From positions 14,591 through 78,590 of the forward strand of contig JAZQNB010000023.1 in NCBI GenBank assembly GCA_045627085.1: DNA of 64,000 nucleotides, in the 5' to 3' direction. The notes beneath the pieces are model-generated. The model was not told the DNA's origin and did no database searches. It was given only the letters and a program-made list of their open reading frames with translations. Both the position numbers and the translations under genes were made by a program. Origin of the DNA: Lachnospiraceae bacterium (lineage in GTDB: Bacteria; Bacillota; Clostridia; Lachnospirales; Lachnospiraceae). Each line of letters begins with the position of its first letter. Positions within the stretch are counted from its first letter, which is position 1. This document shows positions 1-9,138 of this stretch, one piece after another.

Positions 1-1326
1 CACCCGTCTGTGCTGTTTGAGTATGTAAAGGTTATAAATGAGAAAAAAGCCGACTATATATATTGTGATGAAGCAACCTTTAAATCCGGGAACATTGACC
101 ATATGATAACGCTTCATTTTAAACCGGATTATGCCCCGGATAATCTTCGCGCCAATAACTATATCTGCCATTTCAGTGTATTCAAGCGGGAATTATTGGA
201 CGGAAGCGAGCTGTTTCGAACAAAGTTTGACGGCAGCCAGGATCATGATATGATTCTTCGCCTTACGGACAGAGCTAAAACCATAGTACATGTTCCAAAG
301 CTTTTATACTATTGGAGAAGTCATGCAGGAAGCGTAGCAAGTGATATCTCGGCAAAACCTTATGCCGTAAATGCGGCAAAAGGGGCAGTGGCAGAACACC
401 TTAGAAATCACGGCTTTGAAAACTTTAATATTACAAGTACCAAGGCCTTTGCAGCTATTTTTAAAATCAGATATGAGATAAAGGAACATCCTTTTGTATC
501 CATTATCATACCCAATAAAGATCATAAGGATGATTTAAAAAGATGTATTGATTCGATTTTGGAAAAATCCACCTACGACAATTTTGAAATTGTAATTGTG
601 GAAAACAATTCCGAAACAGAAGAAATACGTGAGTACTATCGTGAAATCGAGAAAAATGAACGTATTAGCGTGGTTATGTATGAAGGCGGTTTCAATTATT
701 CCAAAATAAATAATTTTGGTGTAATGCATGCAAAAGGAGACTATGTTCTTCTGCTGAACAATGATACCGAAGTAATTACGGTCAACTGGATAGAGGAAAT
801 GCTGATGTATGCTCAAAGACAGGATGTGGCATGCGTCGGGGCAAAGCTTTACTACCAAAACCGTACAATACAGCATGCCGGTGTGGTATTGGGACTCGGA
901 GCACACAGAACGGCAGGACATTCCCACCACAAAGAGTCATATCAAAATCTCGGATATATGGGTCGACTTTGCTACGCACAGGATGTATCTGCAGTAACAG
1001 GTGCGTGCCTGATGGTTAAAAAAAGTGTATATAATGAGGTCGGCGGATTGGATGAAAGCTTTGAGATATCTCTGAATGATGTTGATTTTTGCTTAAAATG
1101 CAGACAGGCGGGATACCTGAATGTATTTACCCCGTTTGCAGAGCTGTTTCATTATGAATCCATATCGAGAGGCTTGGACGATTCGGGAGAAAAGGCAGAA
1201 AGATACAACAGAGAATCCGATGCATTTAAAAGTAAGTGGAAGGATGTGCTTGAAGCCGGCGACCCGTATTACAATCCTAATTTCACTTTGGACAGAAGTG
1301 ACTTTTCCTTAAAGGTAATCTTTTAA
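1..1326 (+). CDS. Glycosyltransferase family 2, two-domain; 5' end runs off the window
   Basis: Frame 1 is open from base 1 (ORF track starts at 10). The second half has a GT-A/GT2 signature 'VSIIIPNKDHKDDLKRCIDSIL..FEIVIVENNS..LLLNNDTE'. The first half looks like the C-terminal part of another GT domain. Confidence 0.8.
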   Translation, partial: HPSVLFEYVKVINEKKADYIYCDEATFKSGNIDHMITLHFKPDYAPDNLRANNYICHFSVFKRELLDGSELFRTKFDGSQDHDMILRLTDRAKTIVHVPKLLYYWRSHAGSVASDISAKPYAVNAAKGAVAEHLRNHGFENFNITSTKAFAAIFKIRYEIKEHPFVSIIIPNKDHKDDLKRCIDSILEKSTYDNFEIVIVENNSETEEIREYYREIEKNERISVVMYEGGFNYSKINNFGVMHAKGDYVLLLNNDTEVITVNWIEEMLMYAQRQDVACVGAKLYYQNRTIQHAGVVLGLGAHRTAGHSHHKESYQNLGYMGRLCYAQDVSAVTGACLMVKKSVYNEVGGLDESFEISLNDVDFCLKCRQAGYLNVFTPFAELFHYESISRGLDDSGEKAERYNRESDAFKSKWKDVLEAGDPYYNPNFTLDRSDFSLKVIF

Positions 1327-1389
1327 AAATTTTTAATGTATGCTACAATTAGTGCTTGATAAAAAGTTATTTACATTTGGAGGATTAAC

Positions 1390-3111
1390 ATGAATTATAG
1401 GGAACAGTTTGAGTTTTGGACTTCAAGCGATTATTTTGATGCCGACACTAAAAATGAGTTGCTGGCTATCAGAAATGATGAAGCGGAAGTAGAGGACAGA
1501 TTTTACAGAGAGTTGGAGTTTGGTACCGGAGGACTTCGCGGAGTAATAGGTGCAGGCACCAACAGAATGAATATCTACACGGTTGCCAAGGCTACACAGG
1601 GATTGGCTAACTTCATTTTAAAACAGGGCACACAGGACAAAGGTGTGGCTGTTTCACACGATAACAGACGTATGTCTCGCGAATTTGCAACAGCAACAGC
1701 ACTGTGCTTTGCAGCAAACGGAATCAAAGCATATTTATTTGATTCACTTCGCCCTACACCGGAATTGTCTTTCGCAGTCAGAGAGCTTCACTGCACTGCC
1801 GGTGTAATGATTACAGCCAGCCATAATCCGCCTGAGTACAACGGATATAAAGTATATTGGGAGGATGGTGCACAGATTACAGCTCCCAAGGATACACAGA
1901 TAATTGAAGAAGTTAAAGCCATCAACGATTATGGCACTGTTAAGACTGTTACCATGGAAGAGGCTAAGGCAAAAGGCCTTCTTGAAATTGTCGGAGCAGA
2001 ATTAGATGACAAATATATGGCTGCACTTAAAAAGCAGGCAATTCATCCCGAAATCATTGAGGAAATGAGCTCGGATATTAAGATAGTTTATACTCCCTTC
2101 TGCGGAGCAGGAAACAAACCTGTTCAGAGAATTTTAAAAGAGCTTGGCTTTAAAAATGTTTATGTCGTTCCAGAGGAAGAGAATCCTGATCCTGATTTTG
2201 CGGGAATACCTTATCCCAATCCGGAGGATAAAAGAGCATTTGCGCGTGCACTTAAGCTGGCTAAGGAAAAGAATGCAGATATCATTCTTGCTACCGATCC
2301 CGATTCCGACCGTTTAGGCGTATTCGCAAAGGATACATCAACCGGAGAGTATGTTTCATTTACGGGAAACATGTCCGGTATGCTTATTGCTGAATACATT
2401 TTAAGAGAAAGAACGGCTACAGGTACAATGCCTGTAAATCCCGCACTGGTTACTACCATAGTAACTACCAATATGACAAAGGCTATCACCAAGGCCTACA
2501 ACGTTAAGCTTATAGAGGTTCTTACAGGCTTTAAGTACATAGGCGAACAGATTAAGTTCTTTGAAAACTCAGGTTCAAACAGTTATGTGTTTGGTTTGGA
2601 GGAGTCTTACGGATGCCTGGCAGGAACTCATGCCCGTGATAAGGATGCGGTTGTTGCCGTAATGTGTCTGTGTGAAGTTGCATCCTATTGCAAGAAACAT
2701 AATATGACTCTTTGGGACATGATGCTTGAAACCTATGAGAAATATGGTTATTATATGGAATCTCAATATACTATTACCCTTAAGGGTATCGAAGGCTCCA
2801 AGCAGATTGCTGCAATAATGGATAAGCTCCGCACCAATCCTCCTACAAGCTTTGGTGACAGGAAGGTTCTTAAATTCAGAGATTATAAGAACGATGTTGT
2901 TTTGGATATGGCAACCGGCGAAAAGACCAAAACCGGTCTCCCTTCATCAAATGTTTTGTATTTCGATCTCCCTGATGATTATTGGTGTTGTGCAAGACCT
3001 TCAGGTACTGAGCCCAAGCTCAAATTCTATATGGGAGTAAAGGGAAAGTCCTTAGAGGATGCCGAAAAAGAACTTAATGCTCTTACCGAAAATTTAAAGG
3101 CATTAATTTAA
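1390..3111 (+). CDS. pgcA: Alpha-phosphoglucomutase (PgcA-type, alpha-D-phosphohexomutase superfamily)
   Basis: 573 aa. Phosphoserine loop 'TASHNPPEYNGYKVY', metal loop 'ATDPDSDRLGV', sugar loop 'GLEESYG', phosphate loop 'RPSGTEPKLKFY'. End-to-end resemblance to B. subtilis PgcA as I recall it. RBS GGAGGA lies upstream. Confidence 0.9.
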   Translation: MNYREQFEFWTSSDYFDADTKNELLAIRNDEAEVEDRFYRELEFGTGGLRGVIGAGTNRMNIYTVAKATQGLANFILKQGTQDKGVAVSHDNRRMSREFATATALCFAANGIKAYLFDSLRPTPELSFAVRELHCTAGVMITASHNPPEYNGYKVYWEDGAQITAPKDTQIIEEVKAINDYGTVKTVTMEEAKAKGLLEIVGAELDDKYMAALKKQAIHPEIIEEMSSDIKIVYTPFCGAGNKPVQRILKELGFKNVYVVPEEENPDPDFAGIPYPNPEDKRAFARALKLAKEKNADIILATDPDSDRLGVFAKDTSTGEYVSFTGNMSGMLIAEYILRERTATGTMPVNPALVTTIVTTNMTKAITKAYNVKLIEVLTGFKYIGEQIKFFENSGSNSYVFGLEESYGCLAGTHARDKDAVVAVMCLCEVASYCKKHNMTLWDMMLETYEKYGYYMESQYTITLKGIEGSKQIAAIMDKLRTNPPTSFGDRKVLKFRDYKNDVVLDMATGEKTKTGLPSSNVLYFDLPDDYWCCARPSGTEPKLKFYMGVKGKSLEDAEKELNALTENLKALI

Positions 3112-3139
3112 TTACCTTTTCAAAGGTTTGGAGATTTTT

Positions 3140-4426
3140 ATGGGATTAAGTATATCTTCAAATATAAGAAAAACAATATATTATCTCAAACGCAACGGCC
3201 TAAAGGATACAGTAAATGCCGTGCGTGAAAGACTATCGTTTAATACGGAAAAATATGCATACAAAGCTCCTTTAAACAAGGAGCTTTTTGTGCAGGAGCA
3301 AAATGCGGATAAGTACAAAATCACCTTCAGCATTTTGGTACCCGCATATAATACTCCGACAAGGTATCTGACTGAATTGATTGACAGTGTATTGGCACAG
3401 AGCTATGGAAAATTTGAACTGATTATAGCTGATGCCGGTGATTCGTCATCAGTCAAAGACGTGGTTGAGCAATACAGGGATGAACGTATTATATACAGGA
3501 AATTGGAGCAAAATCGCGGCATTTCGGAAAATACCAATGAGGCGTTAAAGCTGGCAACAGGTGATTATATATGCCTTCTTGACCACGATGATTTACTTAC
3601 CGCCGATGCTTTATACGAGGTCGTTTCAAACATTAAAGAAGACACCCTGATGCTTTATACGGATGAAGACAAATGCAACAGCGAGGGCGACTGCTTTTAT
3701 GAGCCCAATTACAAAATGGACTTTGACCCGGAGCTGATACTCTCCAATAACTATATTTGCCATCTGTTGGTGCTTGAAGCGGGACTGTTTAAGAAACTGG
3801 GCTTGCGCAAAGAGTATGATGGAGCACAGGATTATGATCTTGTTTTACGTGCCGTAACTGAAATAAAGGATTACGACAGGATAAAGCATATAGCTAAAGT
3901 CCTTTATCATTGGCGCTGTCATGAGTCGTCGACTGCGGCTAATCCCATGAGCAAAATGTACGCTTATGATGCCGGTCGCCGAGCACTTGACGACTATCTG
4001 ATTTGTAACGGGATTCATGCAAAAGCCGTTAATTTGAAGCACCTGGGCTTCTATGCAATTGAATATTCGGGCGATGAGTTTGATGACAGACCGAAGGTCG
4101 CTGCCTTTGGAGGCCGGGTGATATGTAAAGGCCGAGTGGTGGGCGGCTGCATAAATAAGGATAAAACTGTCCGCTATAAGGGTATGCGCGAAGGATATAC
4201 AGGATATCTTCACAGGGCTGTTCTGTCTCAAAGAGCATATGCGTTGGATATAAGATGTATTAAGCTTAATCCAAAGTATGAATATCTTTTAGCTTCACTG
4301 AAACTTAACACTGATGAAAACACGGATTATATTGACCTTAGTGTAAAGCTGGCAGAGAAAATATATGAAATTGAGCCTGATGCAAAGCTCGTATATTTGC
4401 CCGGACAGATGGAAACACATATTTAG
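3140..4426 (+). CDS. Glycosyltransferase family 2
   Basis: 'FSILVPAYNTPTRYLTELIDSVLAQSY..FELIIADAGD..ICLLDHDD' GT2 motifs. The ORF opens at TTG 3128, but ATG 3140 sits 6 nt after a GGAG. Confidence 0.8.
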   Translation: MGLSISSNIRKTIYYLKRNGLKDTVNAVRERLSFNTEKYAYKAPLNKELFVQEQNADKYKITFSILVPAYNTPTRYLTELIDSVLAQSYGKFELIIADAGDSSSVKDVVEQYRDERIIYRKLEQNRGISENTNEALKLATGDYICLLDHDDLLTADALYEVVSNIKEDTLMLYTDEDKCNSEGDCFYEPNYKMDFDPELILSNNYICHLLVLEAGLFKKLGLRKEYDGAQDYDLVLRAVTEIKDYDRIKHIAKVLYHWRCHESSTAANPMSKMYAYDAGRRALDDYLICNGIHAKAVNLKHLGFYAIEYSGDEFDDRPKVAAFGGRVICKGRVVGGCINKDKTVRYKGMREGYTGYLHRAVLSQRAYALDIRCIKLNPKYEYLLASLKLNTDENTDYIDLSVKLAEKIYEIEPDAKLVYLPGQMETHI

Positions 4427-4457
4427 GATAATAAGCGGGAAAGGAGAAAATGCGCTA

Positions 4458-5435
4458 TTGATACAGGTTTCGGTAATAGTATTGAATTATAACGGAAAAG
4501 CTTTCCTGCCGGAATGCATTTCTTCTGTCCTTAATCAGAAAGCCGGCACACCCTCATACGAGCTGATAGTTGTAGACAACGGTTCCAATGACGGAAGCGT
4601 GGAATATCTGAACGATATAAAGCAACCCGTAAAAAAAGTACTGCTTTCTCATAATACCGGTTTCTGTGGCGGAGTTAACGCCGGAATTTCCGAATCGGAA
4701 GCAGAGTACGTAATATTATTAAATAATGATACAAAGGTCGCTGAGGATTTCATTTTATGCCTTTATAATGCGATGCAAAGACACAAAAAGGCCTTTAGCA
4801 TAAACGCCCAAATGCTGATGTGGGATAATCCGGAGCTGCTAGACGATGCAGGAGATTTGTATAATCTTGCGGGCTGGTCTTTTGCAAGGGGGAAAGGAAG
4901 GAAAGCATCCCGTTATAACAAGCCCTGCACACTTTTTTCATCCTGCGCGGGAGCGGCAATATACAACAGACGGATTCTGTGTGAAATCGGGTTGTTTGAT
5001 GAGGCACACTTCGCATATTATGAGGATTTGGATGTGGGATACAGAGCAATGATTAACGGGTATCGAAGCTACTATGAACCTACGGCGAAGGTGATTCACT
5101 ATGGTTCGGCTTCTTCGGGAAGCCGTTATAATTCCTTTAAAGCCGAGCTTACCGCAGCCAACAGCGTATATGTACCCTTTAAAAACATGCCGATTCTGCA
5201 ATATCTGATAAATATGCCCTTTCTCATTTTGGGCGCATTGACAAAGCTTTTGTTCTATACGCTAAAGGGCATGGGCAAGCCTTATTTAAGAGGCCTGATA
5301 AAAGGCATTAAAAAGTCCTTTTCAAAACAGGGATTTGCAAGGAAGGTCCCATACCGTTTTAAGAATACAGCAAATTACCTGCTGATTGAAGCAGAAATGA
5401 TAATCAATCTTTTCAGGTTTATCACTAAAATCTAA
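4458..5435 (+). CDS. Glycosyltransferase family 2
   Basis: 'VSVIVLNYNGKAFLPECISSVLNQ..ELIVVDNGSNDGS..ILLNNDT' GT2 motifs. The ORF is open from ATG 4365, which overlaps the upstream gene by 62 nt. I prefer in-frame TTG 4458, about 11 nt after AGGAG. Start is uncertain. Confidence 0.75.
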   Translation: MIQVSVIVLNYNGKAFLPECISSVLNQKAGTPSYELIVVDNGSNDGSVEYLNDIKQPVKKVLLSHNTGFCGGVNAGISESEAEYVILLNNDTKVAEDFILCLYNAMQRHKKAFSINAQMLMWDNPELLDDAGDLYNLAGWSFARGKGRKASRYNKPCTLFSSCAGAAIYNRRILCEIGLFDEAHFAYYEDLDVGYRAMINGYRSYYEPTAKVIHYGSASSGSRYNSFKAELTAANSVYVPFKNMPILQYLINMPFLILGALTKLLFYTLKGMGKPYLRGLIKGIKKSFSKQGFARKVPYRFKNTANYLLIEAEMIINLFRFITKI

Positions 5436-5482
5436 AGAGTATATTTAATTATTAAGAAATCTTAAGAATTAAATATACTCTT
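5435..5482 (+). terminator. Long perfect hairpin after the GT gene: 16-bp perfect arms, extendable to ~26 bp with 1 mismatch; no U-tail
   Basis: aagagtatatttaatt (5435-5450) pairs perfectly with aattaaatatactctt (5467-5482). The inner loop also pairs (ttaag/cttaa). The hairpin starts at the last base of the stop codon. Confidence 0.5.
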
Positions 5483-5556
5483 CTTAATGTAAATTCGCCC
5501 AGCGTTATGTAAAATCATAATAGTATGTTGTGCCGAAATGGAGCGTGGAGGCCGAA

Positions 5557-6963
5557 ATGATAAAAGACAATCAAAAGCTTTTGAACCGGCTCCTGGTTTT
5601 GATAGATGCGTGTATTATTGCAGCATCGCTGGTTCTGTCTTTTTTTATAAAATTTTATATTATTGAAAAAGGGCCGGGAATCGGAGTTTTGCCGCTTAAT
5701 GAGTATGTAAGACTTTTGCCCTTTATTGTACCGGGTTATCTGCTGATTTATTATTATTGTGATGCGTATTCTCCCAAAAGAACTGCTCATGGTAAAACAG
5801 AATCTGTTTCCATAATAAAAGCCAATACTATCGGAATGATGGGACTGATAATAGTCATGTTCCTTGTTATCAAGGAGATAAACTATTCCAGATGGGTAAT
5901 GGTTCTGTTTTATCTCACTAACAACTTCCTCTGTATAGCATTTAGATTTGTTCTTCGCCGAACTCTCAGACATTTTAGAAGAATGGGCTACAATTTAAAG
6001 CATATCCTACTGGTGGGTTATTCGAGAGCGGCAGAGGAATACATTAAGAGAATTATCGATAATCCTCAATGGGGATATTCGATTTGCGGTATTTTGGATA
6101 ATCATGTTCCTGCGGGAACGACTTTTAAGAACGTTAAGGTTCTGGGCAGCCTTGGAAATCTGGAGATAATACTTCCAGAAAACAAGCTTGATGAGATTGC
6201 AATTACGCTATCATTGCAGGATTACGATTATCTGGAGGAGGTGGTGAGCGTATGTGAAAAATACGGTGTTCACACCAAGTTTATTCCGGATTACAACAGT
6301 GTTATTCCCAGCAAACCCTATACTGAGGATTTAATGGGGCTTCCCGTAATCAACATTCGTCATGTTCCGCTTATCAGCGGAGGAAATGTGCTTGTAAAAA
6401 GGCTGTTTGATATATTCTTTTCAATATTTGCGATAATAGTGGCGAGCCCGGTTATGATTGTAACGGCAATCGCCGTAAAGCTATCAAGTCCCGGTCCGGT
6501 TTTGTTTAAACAGGAGAGGGTCGGACTTCATAATAAGTCTTTTGACATGTATAAATTCAGAAGTATGCGTGTACAAAATACGGAAGAGGAGAAAAAGGGC
6601 TGGACAACAAAGGATGACCCCAGGGTAACGAAGGTTGGCAAATTTATCAGGCGAACAAGCATTGATGAACTTCCACAGTTGTTCAATATACTAAAGGGCG
6701 ACATGAGCATAGTCGGCCCACGGCCTGAAAGACCTCAATACGTACAGAAATTTATGGAAGAAATTCCCAGATACATGGTTAAGCATCAGGTTCGTCCGGG
6801 ACTTACCGGATGGGCGCAGGTTAACGGGTTGCGTGGAGATACTTCCATCAAAAAAAGAATTGAATACGATATTTTTTATATAGAGAATTGGACATTCTCG
6901 TTTGACATTAAAATAATATTTATGACTTTTTTTACCGGTTTTATAAATAAAAATGCCTATTAG
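5557..6963 (+). CDS. Polyprenyl-phosphate sugar-phosphate transferase (WbaP/EpsL-type priming enzyme, bacterial sugar transferase family)
   Basis: N-terminal TM segments. C-terminal 'KRLFDIFFSIFAIIV..PGPVLFKQERVG..FDMYKFRSM..DELPQLFNILKGDMSIVGPRPE' is the Bac_transf signature. The ORF opens at GTG 5530; ATG 5557 follows GGAGG by 6 nt. Confidence 0.85.
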   Translation: MIKDNQKLLNRLLVLIDACIIAASLVLSFFIKFYIIEKGPGIGVLPLNEYVRLLPFIVPGYLLIYYYCDAYSPKRTAHGKTESVSIIKANTIGMMGLIIVMFLVIKEINYSRWVMVLFYLTNNFLCIAFRFVLRRTLRHFRRMGYNLKHILLVGYSRAAEEYIKRIIDNPQWGYSICGILDNHVPAGTTFKNVKVLGSLGNLEIILPENKLDEIAITLSLQDYDYLEEVVSVCEKYGVHTKFIPDYNSVIPSKPYTEDLMGLPVINIRHVPLISGGNVLVKRLFDIFFSIFAIIVASPVMIVTAIAVKLSSPGPVLFKQERVGLHNKSFDMYKFRSMRVQNTEEEKKGWTTKDDPRVTKVGKFIRRTSIDELPQLFNILKGDMSIVGPRPERPQYVQKFMEEIPRYMVKHQVRPGLTGWAQVNGLRGDTSIKKRIEYDIFYIENWTFSFDIKIIFMTFFTGFINKNAY

Positions 6964-6977
6964 TAAGGAGAAGGAAA

Positions 6978-8102
6978 ATGCCTACAGGAAATCAAAATCT
7001 TTCAAGAGAACAAAGAGCGGCAGCAGAAAAACGCAAGGCCGCCAAAAAAAGAAAAAGAGCAATAGTGCTTGGAATCGAAATTTTGCTGATATTGGGGATG
7101 GTGTTTGCAATTTTAAAAATAATTGACAAAACTAATGATTCTGAAAGCGGACCGCTTATTGCCATCAAAGAGGAAGAGATTAACGTAGAGCTGTCCAATG
7201 ATGATTTGCAGGTCGATGTTGAAAAGAAAGAGGGTTATGTGAACATTGCCTTGTTTGGACTTGATGCAAGAAATAAAAAGCAGCTGTTAAGCGGAAGCCG
7301 TTCGGATGCAACCATGGTTGCCAGCATCAATACAGCTACCGGCGACATAAAGCTTATCAGTGTTTATCGTGATACTTTCCTTAATATCGGAAGCAACCAA
7401 TATATAAAATGCAATCATGCTTATTCCTATGGCGGAGCCGAGCAGGCTGTTTCCATGCTTGAGAGAAATCTTGATATTCAGATAGATAATTTCGTAACGG
7501 TAGGTTATCAGGGACTCCGAAAAGTAATCGACGGACTTGGCGGCGTATACATTGATGTAGACAGTGAAGAGTTAAAGCATATTAACAACTATCAGATAGA
7601 TATTGCCAAAGCACTTGGTCAGGAGAACAAATATAACCCTGTAACCGATACGGGTTATCAGCTTCTTGACGGTATTCAGGCTTCTGCTTATTGCCGTATC
7701 AGATATACAAAGGGTGATGATTTTAAGCGTACCGAAAGACAGCGGGAAGTAATTCAGGCAATTGAAGAGCAGGCAAAGAAGACAAGCGTAACCACACTTT
7801 TGTCTATCTTTGATGAAGCGGTTGATGATATCTACACCGATATTAAAGTAGCTGATATTACTGAGCTTATAAAGAACATCGCCAACTATCAGATAGTAGA
7901 GACAGAAGGCTTCCCCAATGAGAAGACAGTAGCCACAATCGGTTCTAAGGGAAGCTCCGTTATCCCTATGGACTTAAAGTCAAATGTAGTATGGCTTCAC
8001 AACTGGTTATACGGCGAAGACGGATATTCTGTTCCGGAACGTATTGAAGAATACAGCGATGCAATAAAACGCGAAACATCGGAGTATATTAGTAATCAAT
8101 GA
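6978..8102 (+). CDS. LytR-CpsA-Psr (LCP) family cell-wall glycopolymer ligase
   Basis: Lys-rich cytoplasmic N-terminus, one TM segment, then 'NIALFGLDAR..RSDATMVASIN..ISVYRDTF' as in the LCP domain. RBS AAGGAGAAGG. Confidence 0.85.
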   Translation: MPTGNQNLSREQRAAAEKRKAAKKRKRAIVLGIEILLILGMVFAILKIIDKTNDSESGPLIAIKEEEINVELSNDDLQVDVEKKEGYVNIALFGLDARNKKQLLSGSRSDATMVASINTATGDIKLISVYRDTFLNIGSNQYIKCNHAYSYGGAEQAVSMLERNLDIQIDNFVTVGYQGLRKVIDGLGGVYIDVDSEELKHINNYQIDIAKALGQENKYNPVTDTGYQLLDGIQASAYCRIRYTKGDDFKRTERQREVIQAIEEQAKKTSVTTLLSIFDEAVDDIYTDIKVADITELIKNIANYQIVETEGFPNEKTVATIGSKGSSVIPMDLKSNVVWLHNWLYGEDGYSVPERIEEYSDAIKRETSEYISNQ

Positions 8103-9019
8103 AATTAGACGTTATAATTCCAACATACAGACCTGATGAAGAGTTTATCTCGTTAATCAGGTCACTGTATGCTCAGAAACTTAAACCGGATAATATTTAT
8201 GTGCTGAATACGGAAGAAGCATTATTTAAGGAATTTGATGAAAAATATTCATTTACATCAGAATTTCCGTTGGTGAACGTTACACATTTAAGCAAGGAGC
8301 AGTTTGACCATGCCGGAACCAGAAGACGTGGCGTGGAGATGTCAAATGCTGACATATTTGTAATGATGACGCAGGATGCCGTTCCGGCTGATGAGTATGT
8401 TCTTGAGCATTTGGCCGGTGAGATAGAGAAAGGTGCCTGTACCGCTTTTGCAAGGCAGTTACCCAAGAAGGAGTGCGAAATTACCGAAGAATTTATCAGA
8501 AATTTCAATTATCCGGGCGAGTCCTATATAAGAAGCAGAAAAGACATAAAAACCAAGGGAATCAAGGCGTTTTTCCTTTCGGATGTCTGCGCCGCATACG
8601 ACCGTGCTACATATGATGAATTGGGCGGATTTGTGGAGAGAGCGCTTTTTAACGAGGATATGCTTTATGCTGCACGCGCAGTTAATGAAGGCAAAACAAT
8701 TGCTTATTGTGCCGAAGCTATGGTATATCATTCACATAATTATTCAGGGAAAGAGCAATTCCACAGGAATTTTGACAACGGAGTATCCCAGGCGCAAAAC
8801 AAATGGCTTTTTGAAGGAATAAGCAGTGAAAAAGAGGGCGTAAAGCTGGTTAAACAGACCATGCAATTTTTGATTAAACAAAAGAAAGCATATCTTATTC
8901 CTGTATTTATTCACAAATGTATTTGCAGATATGCAGGGTTCTTCTTGGGGAAAAGATATAAAAGACTTCCCAAATTTTTAGTTTTGAAATGTACGACCAA
9001 TAAAGCTTACTTTATGTAA
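8099..9019 (+). CDS. Glycosyltransferase (GT2/rhamnosyltransferase-like)
   Basis: 'DVIIPTYRPDEEFISLIRSLYAQ..' N-terminal GT-A motif and 'MMTQDAVP' (DxD-like). Its start overlaps the stop of the LCP gene (ATGA). Confidence 0.75.
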   Translation: MKLDVIIPTYRPDEEFISLIRSLYAQKLKPDNIYVLNTEEALFKEFDEKYSFTSEFPLVNVTHLSKEQFDHAGTRRRGVEMSNADIFVMMTQDAVPADEYVLEHLAGEIEKGACTAFARQLPKKECEITEEFIRNFNYPGESYIRSRKDIKTKGIKAFFLSDVCAAYDRATYDELGGFVERALFNEDMLYAARAVNEGKTIAYCAEAMVYHSHNYSGKEQFHRNFDNGVSQAQNKWLFEGISSEKEGVKLVKQTMQFLIKQKKAYLIPVFIHKCICRYAGFFLGKRYKRLPKFLVLKCTTNKAYFM

Positions 9020-9032
9020 GCTTTATTTTTTT
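8999..9032 (+). terminator. Rho-independent terminator overlapping the stop codon
   Basis: aataaagctta / taagctttatt form an 11-bp stem with a 7-nt loop, followed by a T7 run. Confidence 0.6.
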
Positions 9033-9138
9033 CATAAATTCTTGTATAATAAAACACATTTTTATCACAATTATTATGTATGCTCATTAATATAAAAAGA
9101 AAAATAATTGACTTTAATATAAGAAAGGTCGTGTTAAT

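Noticed and set aside
4365-4457. Upstream ATG 4365 for the third GT2 gene
   Set aside because: It would overlap the preceding gene by 62 nt and add a non-GT-like peptide. The conserved 'VSVIVLNYNG' GT2 start begins right after TTG 4458, which follows an AGGAG. This remains a possibility.
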